DNA from: Marsupella aquatica
Taxonomy: Eukaryota > Plantae > Marchantiophyta
Direction: 5' to 3'
Assembly: GCA_973895155.1 (NCBI GenBank)
Contig: OZ316893.1
Span: 24,355,520-24,419,519, forward strand
Length of the DNA stretch: 64,000 bases
The notes beneath the pieces were generated by a model, which saw only the letters and a list, made by a program, of their open reading frames with translations, had not been told where the DNA came from and searched no databases. A program made the translations under genes and the position numbers. This document shows positions 26,601 through 39,338 of the stretch, in pieces; positions within the stretch are counted from its first letter, which is position 1; every line of letters begins with the position of its first letter.

Positions 26601-29600
26601 GGGGCCACCCTCCTTGGAACTTTGACCTAAAGTAAGGCCCGAACAAATCCACTGACGGGATTATGATCTTTCAATGGTAGAGCGGATTCAAAATACATAA
26701 AGTTCACATCCAAACATATAAGAACTCGACAGTAGTCAAAAGGTCGAAAGAACATTATCGGCGTGTGCAAAGGGAATGGTTTCATTTTTAAGGCAAGAAC
26801 CGCAGGACACACTAATATTTTAATCATGACATTAGATCTGGACTACATGAACTCTTTGAAGCGCTCAGCCATGTCTACGTCAGTTCTTACACAAAAGGCT
26901 CCGAGATCTGTAGATAAGTTCATTGGACAGCAACTTTGATCAGAGAACCCTCTACTTGGGCTCCTATTTTCGTCACCCATGTCTACTGCCTCTAACAAGT
27001 GGAAGCGGCTGTACGTTGCTGATGCAATGGCCGGATTGCATTTGACGGACTTTCGCTTTGCATTGATTCAGTGGGACCAGAAGTATCCTTAAATGCTGCA
27101 ATACCTCCTGTACTGTAGGTAACCCAACTTTATCTCTCCAGAATCCAAATTTTCTGTCTTGTACAGTAAAGCTCCCGATAATTTGAATATGTTCTCAGAC
27201 CGGCAAGGACTGTCCCGGGAGACATAGCTGGGAGAGTGAACCTCACAATCTACCCCACAACAAATGCATTAAACGTGCAGCAGTGCAGCAACAGTTATTT
27301 GCCAGCAATCTTGATGAGAAGTAGACGTACCATAACAAACTCCACTCCAAGTTCTGGACGATCAAACTGAACCCGGCATCTGCTCCGATCCACAGTCAAG
27401 ATACTCCCGTCATGAATTTGACCTGTCTTCGGGTGTTTCGCAATCACCCTTTGACCAACTGTAAGGGGGCGGGCCAAATCCAAAGGTAGACCTTCACGAA
27501 GACCACTACGGAGCTCATGATAATGTGTTCTAACATTCTCTCTGTACTTCGCCAGTTTTTCTCGTTCCTCCTGCAGAAAGCTCTTTGATAGACGTCTGGG
27601 TTTCCCAAGGGAACTGCAAATTTCAAATTCAAATATGATTATGGCGTGAGACATTCCACGAAGCAAAACAAACTGCTGCTTGTAAACAACGCACCTGTGA
27701 ATTGAAAGAGATCTAGAGGATGAATCGTCAATCAACGTGTATGACAATTGCGCTAGTCTGGTTTAGAATCATAAAAACATTTCAACGCAACTGTGTGTAA
27801 AAGCGATTGTAAAAGGACAAGATTCTTTGTGTGACTATCACCATGAAATCAGAAGACTTCAATGTACTTTTGCAACCAGTGGAATGTCATTGGCAGTGAG
27901 AACTACTACTGAATTCGAAAGCAAAAGCATTCTTACGTAACCGATGACAATTTTAACATGGGTTTGACCTAATATACTAAAAAGTGAAGCGCTTTCAGAG
28001 GCGGTGAGGCTACCCCAGGACCTTGACATGGCATGTGAAGCCCGTTTGTAATTGTGATGTGAGCTTGTAGGTTTTCACTAAAGTCACGTACCTTCTTATA
28101 ACTCCCCATTCCACACGGGTAAGTCTTGGAACATGTCCAAGACCAGCATGGTTCAAGTACTCCACAAACTCATTGTGTGCAAACCAAGGAAGATCGATTG
28201 CGCTGTAGAACCACTCGTACATACACCACCGACGAACTTTAGGAGAAAGACAGTGGATCAAACGTGCCTGGAAAATAGGATTCAAATTCGTTACCCACAT
28301 ATTAGAAGAAGAATAAAATAACAATGTTCCAACCGTTCAAAGCCAATCCATGGGATGTAGAATGCCCCAGAATGTATCCTCTAGACGGTTAAATAAGTCA
28401 TAGTGCACATTCGACCTTCCTATTGTAAAGATGACCAAGAACCTGCAACAGGACTGCACCTTCGTGTTGAAGGGACCATGCTCAGCAGTAGCATGTGGGC
28501 AACAAGCGGCCTCCTTGACGATCTCATCAGGCACGCCGCTGCTGCTGACACGTCCAAAACCATTCACTGGCCCCTTTTCAGGCACACCTTTCTTCTTCGT
28601 TCTTACTTTCAGAGGTAAGGTTCCCCCAGCCTCGGGACCACGTTGACCAGTTCCCGGAACAGAAAGCTCCAGGTCCAATCCAGAGGCATCTCCAGCGTTA
28701 TTCACCTTGAGTCCCTGTTTCGACACAGTTTTCGCAGTGGTAAGAGACTTTTGCTTCCTCCGGGGTTTCTGGACACGAGGAGTTTCTACTTTGGGAAGTG
28801 GAACCTGCGAAAAAATTGATAAATTAGAAATGGATAAAGGCACACAACTTGTCTTTTAGTTTCCGGTAGTGTGGAGTATATCTGCAGTCAATCCTCGGTC
28901 ATAGCATGCCTATTTCTGTTTCATTTTGGATTGACCTTTTCTATTCGTGGCCATTTGCTTCCTGTTAGCCAGTACCTCATCCCTCTTGGGATCCATCGAC
29001 TTTAAAACTAGCGCTTCAGATTTGTCCAAACGTTCATTGAACCATGATGTCAGGACATCCATGTCCTTCTGTTGATATTAAAGCTATCTTCGCTTAAGAA
29101 ACAATTGCTCATCATTCTGATCAAACCGATACATTTTCAAGCACTTCATGAATGCCATCGACCACAACCAAAAAGGACAGTCTGAACTTCCATTCTGTAC
29201 CTCTGGTTCATCTATGCTTTGACCTTGTTCATCAGCTCCAGATTTTCCTTGCGGAGAGATCTGCAATGCAATTCTGATGTTAGGCACCTTTTCAATTTGA
29301 GAGGTAATTCTACTATACAAGCCATGAACGTAGCATATAACTCCTCACATATTAATGCATTAACATTAATAGATCATTGGTGGCCAACAGCATGGCAAGC
29401 ACCTTCTCAGGATTGTTTTTTCTCTTCCTTTTGCGAGAATCTGGGGGAGAAGTTGACTGTTGCCTTGATCCACTGGCTACTTGCACGTCTTCTGTATCAG
29501 GATGCTCTTTAGACATCTCCTCTTCATGAACCTTATTACTCCCTTCTCTTTTCTCAAGCTCCTTGCCGTTCTTTTCAATAGAGCCTCTGATAACTTGCGG

Positions 29601-32600
29601 ACCTGACTCGGACCTTTGAGATTTGTCCTCTTCCTTCTCAGAATCTGAAGTCCAAGAATCGAGCAGTACAAACCACATCACTAGGGAGGAAACCACATTT
29701 CAATTTGACCTTGACTTCACAAGGTTGACATTGCGCTTCCCTAGGAATTTCAATGCACAAGGATCGCAGCACCAAGAACTGCTGAGTATGTTGTGGATGA
29801 CACTTTAAAGAGACCGACACTGGCTCTCAGCACATCCAAAGAACCAGCTTTGCTTGCGAATGGGATAGCTGAGAAATAACTGAAATTTTGTGCCAAATAT
29901 AATTCCACAATACCTGAGCGTGGTGTTGGAGACGGTAACAAACCATTGAGAGAAAGATCTGCTAGTGTAGCGAGAGCATCGAGGGCACTGCTTTGATCTG
30001 AGGGTTTGGACGATTGACAGACAACATCTCAGGTCACCAGTATAGATACTAATGATGTAAGTCTGCAAAAGTCATTTATACTCTTCGTCTAGATCATCCA
30101 CAATTATACTAAACACGGGGCAAGGGGCCATGCAGTCCAGGGCTTCCATGGCAGCTGAAACAAACACTGTACGCAACAATTGCTCTTAGAGTAGAGCGGA
30201 AGGGAAAGTTATGGGCTAAGAAAGATACCTCCTGAAAATAACTGTCGGCTCCTTTTCATTGTCCTCTGTGACAAACTCGGTTTCTTTTTCTGAATAGAGT
30301 TATGCTTCTCTTCATCATTGTCTCGCGTTTCACCATCCGCTACCCCTGTTTGACTGCACTGTTCATTTACTTCATCGCACTTTACCTCTTCTTTTTGCAG
30401 CTTGGGCTTCTTTGCAGGTGGTTTTTTCCACCTACTTTTACCATCCGCCACCTGACCTTTGACTCTGTCAGCTGGTTCATTCTCGTCTACAGTCATTTTG
30501 GTGGCGGCTCTCGTAGGCTTCTCCTTACTTTCTTGACTGCCCTCGGGGTCAATTTCTCCACTAGTTGAAGCAGTAAGCTTGGGACCAGAGCCACCAGATT
30601 CGGCCTTAAAACTTGAATCCTGTACGTTATGTAGCTAGACAATATGTGAGAGGGGATAAAAAGAGAAAGTTAACAGGGAAAAAATCTTCGGAAGTGCAAA
30701 ACCTCTTATTTAGTAAGGAACCAACCTTGGAATGTCCATTCTGCAAAGGGGCTCGACTATATTTCCTTGGTGTTGTCTTTGAGATCAAGGGCGAGGAAGG
30801 TGGTTGCTGTGACGCTGTAACCAGTGCCAATGCGACAACTTCAGCCTCTTTTATGAGGTCGCTCTCTTCATCAGAATTCTCTTCCTCCTGTATTTTGTTT
30901 ATAACTGTCTTGGTCTTTCCTTTAATCTCCACAACATTCCCTACAGGATAGCGTGGTGTTCTCTTCCCAACCACCCATGACCTACTAGCTGCAGTACAGA
31001 TGAGAATTAGTTTTGACGTTTTCAGCGGATCATGTCACAAGGTCCTACCGGTTTTAGTATCAGTGGCATCAGAGAAGCAAAAGAAAAAAAGTCAGCAACT
31101 ACTGCGCCGGTTGTAACCAAATCGTTTAGGACGGGCACCAACTATACCTGCTACACTCCTCGGTTTCTTAGCAGGTGAAGGACCTCCATAACCTGAAGGT
31201 CCCGAACTTGTACTGTTCACATTTGCACCTCTAGTTCGTGACCGAGATTGCATCTGATGAGAGCGATCAGAAGTATCAATTTCCTCACTGCTCTCCTCTT
31301 CGCTGTCATCCTGTGGCATCAAATACAGGGTAGCCCAACAACTCAGATGTCTCGATCAACCAAATAGGCTCTGTTGAGAAGAGCGCCAATGTGCTACAGG
31401 GTTAAACCATCAAATAATTAACCAACCCACCCGCCTCAGACACTACAGCTGCGAGCTAGCTTCTACGAGCGCACAGCAGAACCAAATTGTGTAGATGGAC
31501 CAAAAGACGGACCTAAAATATAACTCTCAGGAGCAACTCACCAATATGTTATAATGATCGGTCATCATTGCTATCAAACCTGCAGCTGATGCAGCCCCTT
31601 CAGGGAGTGACAAATATGCCTGTAGACCCAATCAGCACCCAATTCATAAAGACAAGAGACAAAGATGAGTCGTGAAGAAGTCCAGTAATACTTTCTTGTG
31701 CCGCACGAGAACAGTAATACTTTCTTGTGCCGCACGAGAAGATAAGTTATGTATTATAAGGACCCACGAGGGAGGTCTTAGGGATGCTGTGACACTGGAA
31801 CAAAACTGGCGACAAGTGTAGGAATTACCTTATTCATGCCATAAACAGCTTCGACCATCTCCATGGTTCTCTTTGACATGCTCCCAGCCACCTGAAAAAC
31901 AGTAAATAGGGGTTAGTGAATTGTCTACTAGCGCCGGGAACACCCTTTAATAATTGAAGCTATCATATCAGACATCCGTGAACGTGTTCGACAGGTGGAG
32001 AAGCGACGGCCCACCTTTTTCCAGTCCTTCCCATACTTGCGATAAGCTTGGTAAAAGAGCTCCAAATCGTCCTTGCTCCAAGGGGGTCCGAGCATATCCG
32101 AAAGCTTCCGTTTCTGCAGAAATGAAAAGCAAATGCTATAAGAACCCTAGACGACAAGCTGAAGAGAAACCTACAAGCTCGATGTGCTTTACAACGTGCA
32201 AGCATTCTCCATAAGACACATTCATACGCCGTCGAGAAGCTCCAATACACATCTGAGCTTCAATTCTCCCGGAATGCTCTCATGTTTGAAAGGATTCCTC
32301 CCATCCCGGTCAGTGGTAAAGGGGACGACGTTAGTCATGAACACAAGCACAATGCCTATAAATCACCAAGATCGAATCCAAATAAGTCTCTTACGAGGGG
32401 TACAAGCCAATCCTCCAAAGAACCTATTTTTGTCCAGGAGAGTAAAATAAACCTCCAGAGACAATCTACGAGTACTTTGCTTTCAAAAAGGTTACGCAAA
32501 GGAGCGCGGAGATTCCTCCCATTGCATCTGCTTCTCGAAGGGAACTACAGCTGAATTGACGGCAATTGGAACGAAACTGACCCTCGGCTTGCCCCCTCTT

Positions 32601-32695
32601 TCGCTTCCATCCTCGTCTCTTTCGGCTACCCCCTGCTGCTGTTGATTGCTCTTCGCGGTGAGCCGACTATTCGTTCTTGGCTTGCGCATTGCCAT
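23611..32695 (-). CDS. ALY: ALWAYS EARLY (ALY; LIN9/Mip130 homologue, DREAM/MuvB subunit) with SANT/Myb and DIRP domains, ~19 exons
   Basis: Exon 1 32695-32582 (MAMRKPR). '[33 protein letters not shown]' at ~32113-32014; '[24 protein letters not shown]'; '[10 protein letters not shown]'. DIRP: '[18 protein letters not shown]...[10 protein letters not shown]' and 'SLGKPRRLS...[10 protein letters not shown]...[10 protein letters not shown]'. C-terminal '[23 protein letters not shown]...[10 protein letters not shown]'. Confidence 0.92.
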
Positions 32696-34134
32696 TATTT
32701 CCGGCCTACCTTTCCTCACCAGATTCGAAGGCCGGACATATACGCCATCCCAAGCGTCGATTATATCGCAATAAGTACACTACGCTTCAAGATTGAGCCC
32801 CCAGCTCCATTCTCCACGGAAACACAGCAGACCATCTGGATTCAAACATTCATGAAAGAGGCGTTGCGGCGAAACGGATACTTTGACAGGAGAACGGAAG
32901 ACCTCAGCCGCACTTCTGTCCTCTACCTAGTTGAATATAAGTCCTCCACTTCGCTGAATTTGACTCCAAAGTATAAGCTCCGGCATCTTATCCGTCCCGC
33001 AGGTTTGAAATTCCACGCCTATCCCTGCATTTTTTCATCTTCCCTTCCCTACTGCTATATCTCGAAGTGCTCAGTCCACTTTTACCAAGCACGGTAATCG
33101 CCAACTCCTACAATCTCATATGAGACCAAGAGGACGAGTACGCATCAGAACTCGTCCTCTGTATTCTTTCCTAAGTCAAATCATCGGGGTCACATTCAAA
33201 TCTAGTCAAAGGCGGGTCCAGCCTTCAAAGATCAGTTTTCCACTCACGTGGAAATGGATTGATTTCAAACTTAGCGCACCCCACCTCTCACACTGGGGGC
33301 AAGATCCTGAACCCAACGTCACTCATTTCCAAAAACAGATTCGAGTCACGCTTTGACCTCTTCCACTGCAGCAGCCTGCGTAACAAGAAGGCAATCTCCT
33401 TCAGATCCCTACTAACTCCTGGCCCGGTAGATGACTCCGACGGCAGCAGCAGAGGACGCCCCCTGTTGGGTCATCTGCTCTACAAACTTACAGAAAGAAG
33501 GTCCAGCAGACAAAGGGCACGGTCCCTGGATGAAAATGGACGGGACACCCAAGTACTCCCAAGTTCAAGTCCAAACCATCCTTCATCTCCAATTTTTCAT
33601 ATACCGATGTCTGAAGAATCTACCACCTCAATCAATCAAGCTTTTCCTCCCCACAGACGAGCCGACGACTGAAGATAATAGAGTGCTTGCCGGACGCTCT
33701 ACTGAAGAAGGACAGTGTACCAATGGGTAAAACCAATGACGAGTACTGCACTTTAAATCTGAATCGTCCTTCCTTTCCAACACTTCGCGCGGCCCTTTTC
33801 TCTACCTAATCGGAGGGAATGTACAACCAAACTCTTCTTTTCAAAAGTTGAGTGAAGAAGAAGAAAAGAGGAGGACGTGCCTCGACAGCGTTCAAACGAT
33901 GCCTTAGGAACAAGGCAGTTCAAATCCAAACCTCCTCTGTCTCTGTCCCCCTTGTCTTCTGCCTAAACCACCGCCGATCAGTTAATCTATTTCGAAATAA
34001 GTGGAATGCACCAGCGAAGGAGAAACGCTGCTTAGCCTCAACGGAGGAAGAATGCCCCCGACACAAAAACCCAGCAGCACCAGCAGCCCTGCACTTCAAA
34101 ATCGCACTCTCCTTCGCTCCAGATTCCCCACGGC

Positions 34135-34625
34135 TCCCTCTGTCCTTTCCTCCCTCCCTATCGTTGCTTCCTTCCTTCCTTCCTTCCTTCCTTCCACCTC
34201 AGGCACTGCCCCTACAAACCAAACCAAATCAAACTCCGCTTTTCAAAAGTCGAGACGAAGCAGCAGCAGAAGCCGAGTAAAGAAGAAGTCCAAAAGCAGC
34301 AGATGAACAAGAAGGTATGAATGGTTCCGACGATGGTGCCAGACGCAAAACAAATCAACAATGGTCATCGTCGACACAAATCACAATAACAACAACAAAT
34401 CCACTCCACTCCACTCTGCCCCACTCCACTCCACCCCTCACCCCTGCTTCCCCTCCTCCCTCCCCTCCCCTCCCCTCCCAAATCCGGCACTCAATTCCCT
34501 GATTTTCATGAATTCCCGTCAGCCGACTCACTCCTCCTCCTCCACTCCCCCGGCCACAACACAAATCATACCAATCTCCCGCAATCGTCGACCACTTCAT
34601 CCCTCCCTCCCTCCCTCCCTCCGAA
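34135..34625. repeat. Pyrimidine-rich simple repeats ((CTTC)n, (CTCCA)n, (CCTC)n) in the probable ALY 5' leader/promoter
   Basis: Read directly; GA-rich on the sense strand. These repeats account for the low-complexity ORFs here. Confidence 0.7.
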
Positions 34626-35411
34626 AGCTCCGAAAGCAAACCGACCCACAGCCCGGGCTGGTTTGGTCTCTTCTGCGCTCTGAGACGAGCAAGCGATCCC
34701 TCCAGTTCCACCCCACAACAACACCAATCTCAAAACGCGAGCACCCACCACAACACCAAGTCCAAAACGCGAACACCAGAGGGTCTCGAGCAGAGAAGAC
34801 GAGAAGCGAAGACGAGGAGAGCAGAGGAGAGGTGAGTCTGTTGCTACACGAGGACGAGGCATCAGAAATTTGGACCCCGCAAGAGAGGCGGTAAATTGGT
34901 GTCGTTCGCAAAATGCTGCGAAATTGGCAATGAACGGACGAATCGCCCCCACAGAGGGCTCATGAGACGGCCTAATTCGCCTCCTATTTTTAATCCCATT
35001 TCGCATTTCCACCCAACACCGTGCCGCCACGTCATCCCAACGTACACAGTTTGAAAAAAGGAAAACCGAGGAAAATGCTCCAATCGGCGAACCGGCGGAA
35101 GAGCCCCTCCCATCCGATTTTATATATTTGAACTGCTTGCCCTCCCGGGAAAGGGATCTTTGCTGTATGACTCTGTACGTATTTTACACCCGGGGAGGTA
35201 TGCGACATGTAATGGGACAGTACATGTTACAACCCTGATGACGCCAGAACGCTTGCTCGAAGCCGAATTGTACTGTAATCATTAGCGCCCTGAGATTAAG
35301 GGCAGTGATTAACGAACGTTTTGAGCCTTTACTTTCCGGTAAAGTGGAAGCATCTTCGTTTTTTTAACTCAGCTGACGGGTATGATTACAGTTCCGATTA
35401 AGGACTAGCGT

Positions 35412-35560
35412 TTGACCGGATCAGACCGAATGACTCCTCTTGAGTCAGTTCAACGAGATAATTTGACGCTGGGTCGGCTTATGACCGGGCCAGACCAAAT
35501 GACTCCTCTCGAGTCAGGTCACCGAGGTAATTTGACGCTGGGTCGGCTTCTGACCCGGGT
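35412..35560. repeat. ~69-bp tandem duplication, each unit containing a gactc-N5-gagtc palindrome
   Basis: tgaccgg..cagacc.aatgactcctct(t/c)gagtcag.tca.cgag.taatttgacgctgggtcggctt x2, plus a partial third unit. Confidence 0.8.
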
Positions 35561-35825
35561 TGATGATGCACTACTTAAACCGAAGTTGGGTTCCTGTCAT
35601 TATTTTTAGTGTTAGGGCCGCCTGATGACAGTGTCGAAGATGAAAGACTGGTTAGAGCATTGAAAGTGTTCACTAGATGTATTATTTGTCACTTTGCCTA
35701 TTGGACTTTAGCAAGTGACTCTTTCAAAAAAAATTCAACCAACTCAATTTCTCAGCCTATCCTCTTGAGCTTACTTGGTTATCACTTCCATCACAATATA
35801 TTTGTGTGATTTAGGAGATTTTTCC

Positions 35826-36105
35826 ATGGTAAGGTCAGCTTCCTAGCTCTTAAATTGATTATGTCTTCAGTCATGGAATTCTTTACAAATTTGAAAAGCA
35901 TGCAGGCACTCTAAATCTCCTATGGTAAGGTCAGCTTCCTAGCTCTTAAATTGATTATGTCTTCAGTCATGGAATTCTTTACAAATTTGAAAAGCATGCA
36001 GGCACTCTAAATCTCCTATGGTAAGGTCAGCTTCCTAGCTCTTAAATTGATTATGTCTTCAGTCATGGAATTCTTTACAAATTTGAAAAGCATGCAGGCA
36101 CTCTA
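35826..36105. repeat. 96-bp tandem repeat x~3, essentially identical copies
   Basis: Units start at 35826, 35922 and 36018: atggtaaggtcagcttcctagctcttaaattg...gcatgcaggcactctaa. Confidence 0.93.
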
Positions 36106-39100
36106 AGCTGCATCATTTGGTCTAGATAACAAGTTCAGACGGGAGAACTTTGTGGAAGAAGGGCTGAAAGCCAGAAATGGCTAAATGATTTCCATGTACA
36201 ATGACTAGAAGGAGGGGCGGTCAAGTGCCTAAAGGGTTGTAGGGTTTGGGTCTCGTGCCATTTGCGCCTTTAAACTTAAAGTTTTTCCTTTAGGACGTTT
36301 TGTTTGAACATACACAAAATATGTGTACATGTGACCAATTTTAACAAGCAACAACATTTTTAGTGACATTTCATCTCATATAACGTTTGTAGCCTGTGTA
36401 TGGAATGTAAATTTCCTCCCCGATTCCCAAAACTTTCTCTATACTTTCCCAGCCCGTCTTTTTTGAAACCTCACAATGTGGTGCTTTGCACTCAATTGTT
36501 TTATTACATGTTTCTTGTTTGAAAGTAATTATAACTAGGATATATAAGTAAAATATACTAGGTACTTTAGACGAACGCTATTACAATTCAATGGCAGATG
36601 TATTCAATTGAACACATGATCAAGAATTCAACTAGGACCAAAACTTTCATGATCATGTGCGATCTAAAATAGGTTTTTTATGGAGAAGAAAACTATCTTT
36701 TTCAAGTTAAAAAAAAAGATATAATTATAAATTCAAATATATAGAACATTCTCCAATATGTATCTTTATTAAATAAACTAGGTTGTTAATATTGAATAGT
36801 CACCATTTTTCAAAATAATAGTATTTATATTCGATTAGAATCAATGATTTGTGGTAAAATATTACTAAGTTAGCCCTTTAAAGCCTTCTCACAAAAAAGA
36901 CTCATTTTTATGCAAATTGTTCCATGACCTGTTCAAGTTCTAGAATGGGATTACCAACACATAAAAAAAATTTAATCAAAGATGAAAATCTCTGTGATTG
37001 GCCCAATAATTTGGTGGATTCAATTTGACACTAAGATTTGAGATGATTAAAATTTTGTAAATAATTTAATGTTCCTGAAATGTAGTGATTTCTATTTGAA
37101 ACAAATATCAACACACTATACACAGATGTAAGCCGTCTATTTTATGTGTAGCTAAGCAAAATGGTACAAAATTATAAACTATAGATATGCAAACAAAAAC
37201 CATGTAAGTAAGAAGGTTAGTGAGTTGGAGTGTACATAATTATAAAAGAAAATATTTCTCTCAAATCCAGTGAAAAGCTCATAAATTTGAATCAAATGAA
37301 AGAAAAAAAATTGAGGAAACAAACTTCACAAATATAATTAGAGGAGAGAAAGAAGACTCATCATGTGTTCCACGTCCGGTTGGGCACATCCTATTTTCTT
37401 AAATAGTGTGATATACTTATATACTCACATAATGTACAAGTTTGTCCTCTCCTACTAGACATAACTCTAATGCAAATACAGCATAGAAGGGGAAAATTAG
37501 AATTACCAATAAAGCGTCAAGATAAAAGAAAATTGACGAGTCTTGTTTGTTTCAATGGTTGTTGAAGTGACATTCTCTGGTGCGCGCTAGGAATTTTGGA
37601 ATGGACCTCTCATTGGAGTCCATAAATAGAAAAAAAAACAAGACTATTTCAGAGGTTTTATTAGCTTTTTACATTTCAAGAGCCTCAGCGATCAAACAAA
37701 TAGTAGATCTTCAAATCTAACGCTTCAATTTTGGAGGCTCTTTGTCCTTATTCAATCTGGCTGTTTGTGCTCCACTGCAATTCAGCAGCCTCACAATTGA
37801 CCAGAAAGGAATCTAAAACCAAATTAAATTAAAATAAAGATGTTTTTGCATTTTAACTTTTTTGACTACATAGTGTGTAAGCTTCTTGATCAAGTATCAT
37901 GACTTGCATCATTTCATGTTTGTGAATGACTTTAGATTTCACAATTTTACATGCTTATGGAGTTAATTGATATAGTGTATATTTTTCAATACCATATAAA
38001 ATCTTAGTCTAGTGTGATTGCCTTTAGATCTCACAATTTTCACATGTCTTAGTTGGCCAGACCTCAAGCAATTAATTAAGTAAGTGTATATTTTGGGATA
38101 CTATGTAAAATCTTAGTTCAACACAAACGTTTTAATTTTCTAAAAAAACATTGGTGTTCTTATTTTTCAATATTAATAAAATATTGGATTTATTACAAAT
38201 ATATACTAGAGAATATCTCATCTATTTGAGTTCATGACAGCTTTTAACTTTCCTACCCTTTGCAAAAACTTCCTAGGCTATTACCCTCACAGTCACACCA
38301 TGGGTTATGAAAAATCATGGAATAAATATTACATAATATTTCTATAACTATATTAATAATTATGCTTTATCATAAAATACAAAACCATAGCAAAATAAAG
38401 CAACATTTATTTCTACCTAACAAATCATTAAAATCTACAAATTTTTAACATATATAATTCCTGGAATGCCTTCTAGTCCAATATTTGGATAATATGTTTC
38501 CAAATAAAAACTCAATGACCAACTTTGTTTCTGGCTTCTAGCTTACAAAAAAATACCCAAGTCACTTGGTTTGAAGACCTACTACCCATTTAGTTGAAGC
38601 CTAAGCCTTTACAAGAAAATTGGGTGTGTGAACTCCTCAACTTTTATCTTTGCCTTCCATAAGGACAATGATCATTTTTAAATTCCTCCCAAAATCTTTC
38701 ATACCACTTAATATTGTTGTGCATTGCTACCTTCCTTGATCACATTCAAATACTATCTCACCTTTTGTCCCTAAATGTCTCTTGCCTACTTTCTTGTTTA
38801 TTGTTGGGCTGGCCAAGTGCAAATGATCTTTATGTTTTGATATAATTAGCTTAAATTGTAAGTCAAATTTAAAGCAATTTATAATTTACAATATAACTAT
38901 AATAAATTTATAACCTTCCAAGCCATATAATAAATGCACATTAAACAGCTTTAAAAATACAAGCCATATTTTCATTTCAAGTCAAATCTGAAACATCACC
39001 AACCTGTGCATAAATTAAATAAACAGATTGGACCACTACTTGTTTAAAATAGTATTGTCATTGCAAAGGACACTAATGACGATAGCTTGTGAGGTTAACT

Positions 39101-39118
39101 TAGTGTATATTTTAGGGT

Positions 39119-39338
39119 ACCACGTGCGATCCTAGCCTAATAAAAACACACCTATTTTATAACAAGAATATTCTAAAAATATTTTTTATTTTCAATATTA
39201 ATGACCTTTTTTTTTATAAAAAATATATATTAGAGAATAATCTACAAATATGGGTTTATAATACCTCTTTTGCTTCCTACGCTTTTTAAAAATTTAGCTA
39301 ATTTCTATGAAAAATATCTTTTTTGGATCGCACGTGGT
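39119..39338. mobile_element. Possible MITE-like element: 14-bp perfect inverted repeats around an AT-rich core
   Basis: accacgtgcgatcc (39119-39132) and ggatcgcacgtggt (39325-39338). The interior resembles ~38080-38280. No clear TSD. Confidence 0.4.

Noticed and set aside
33852-35113. ORFs of 100-177 aa on both strands
   Set aside because: They are low-complexity products of simple repeats in the ALY leader/promoter.
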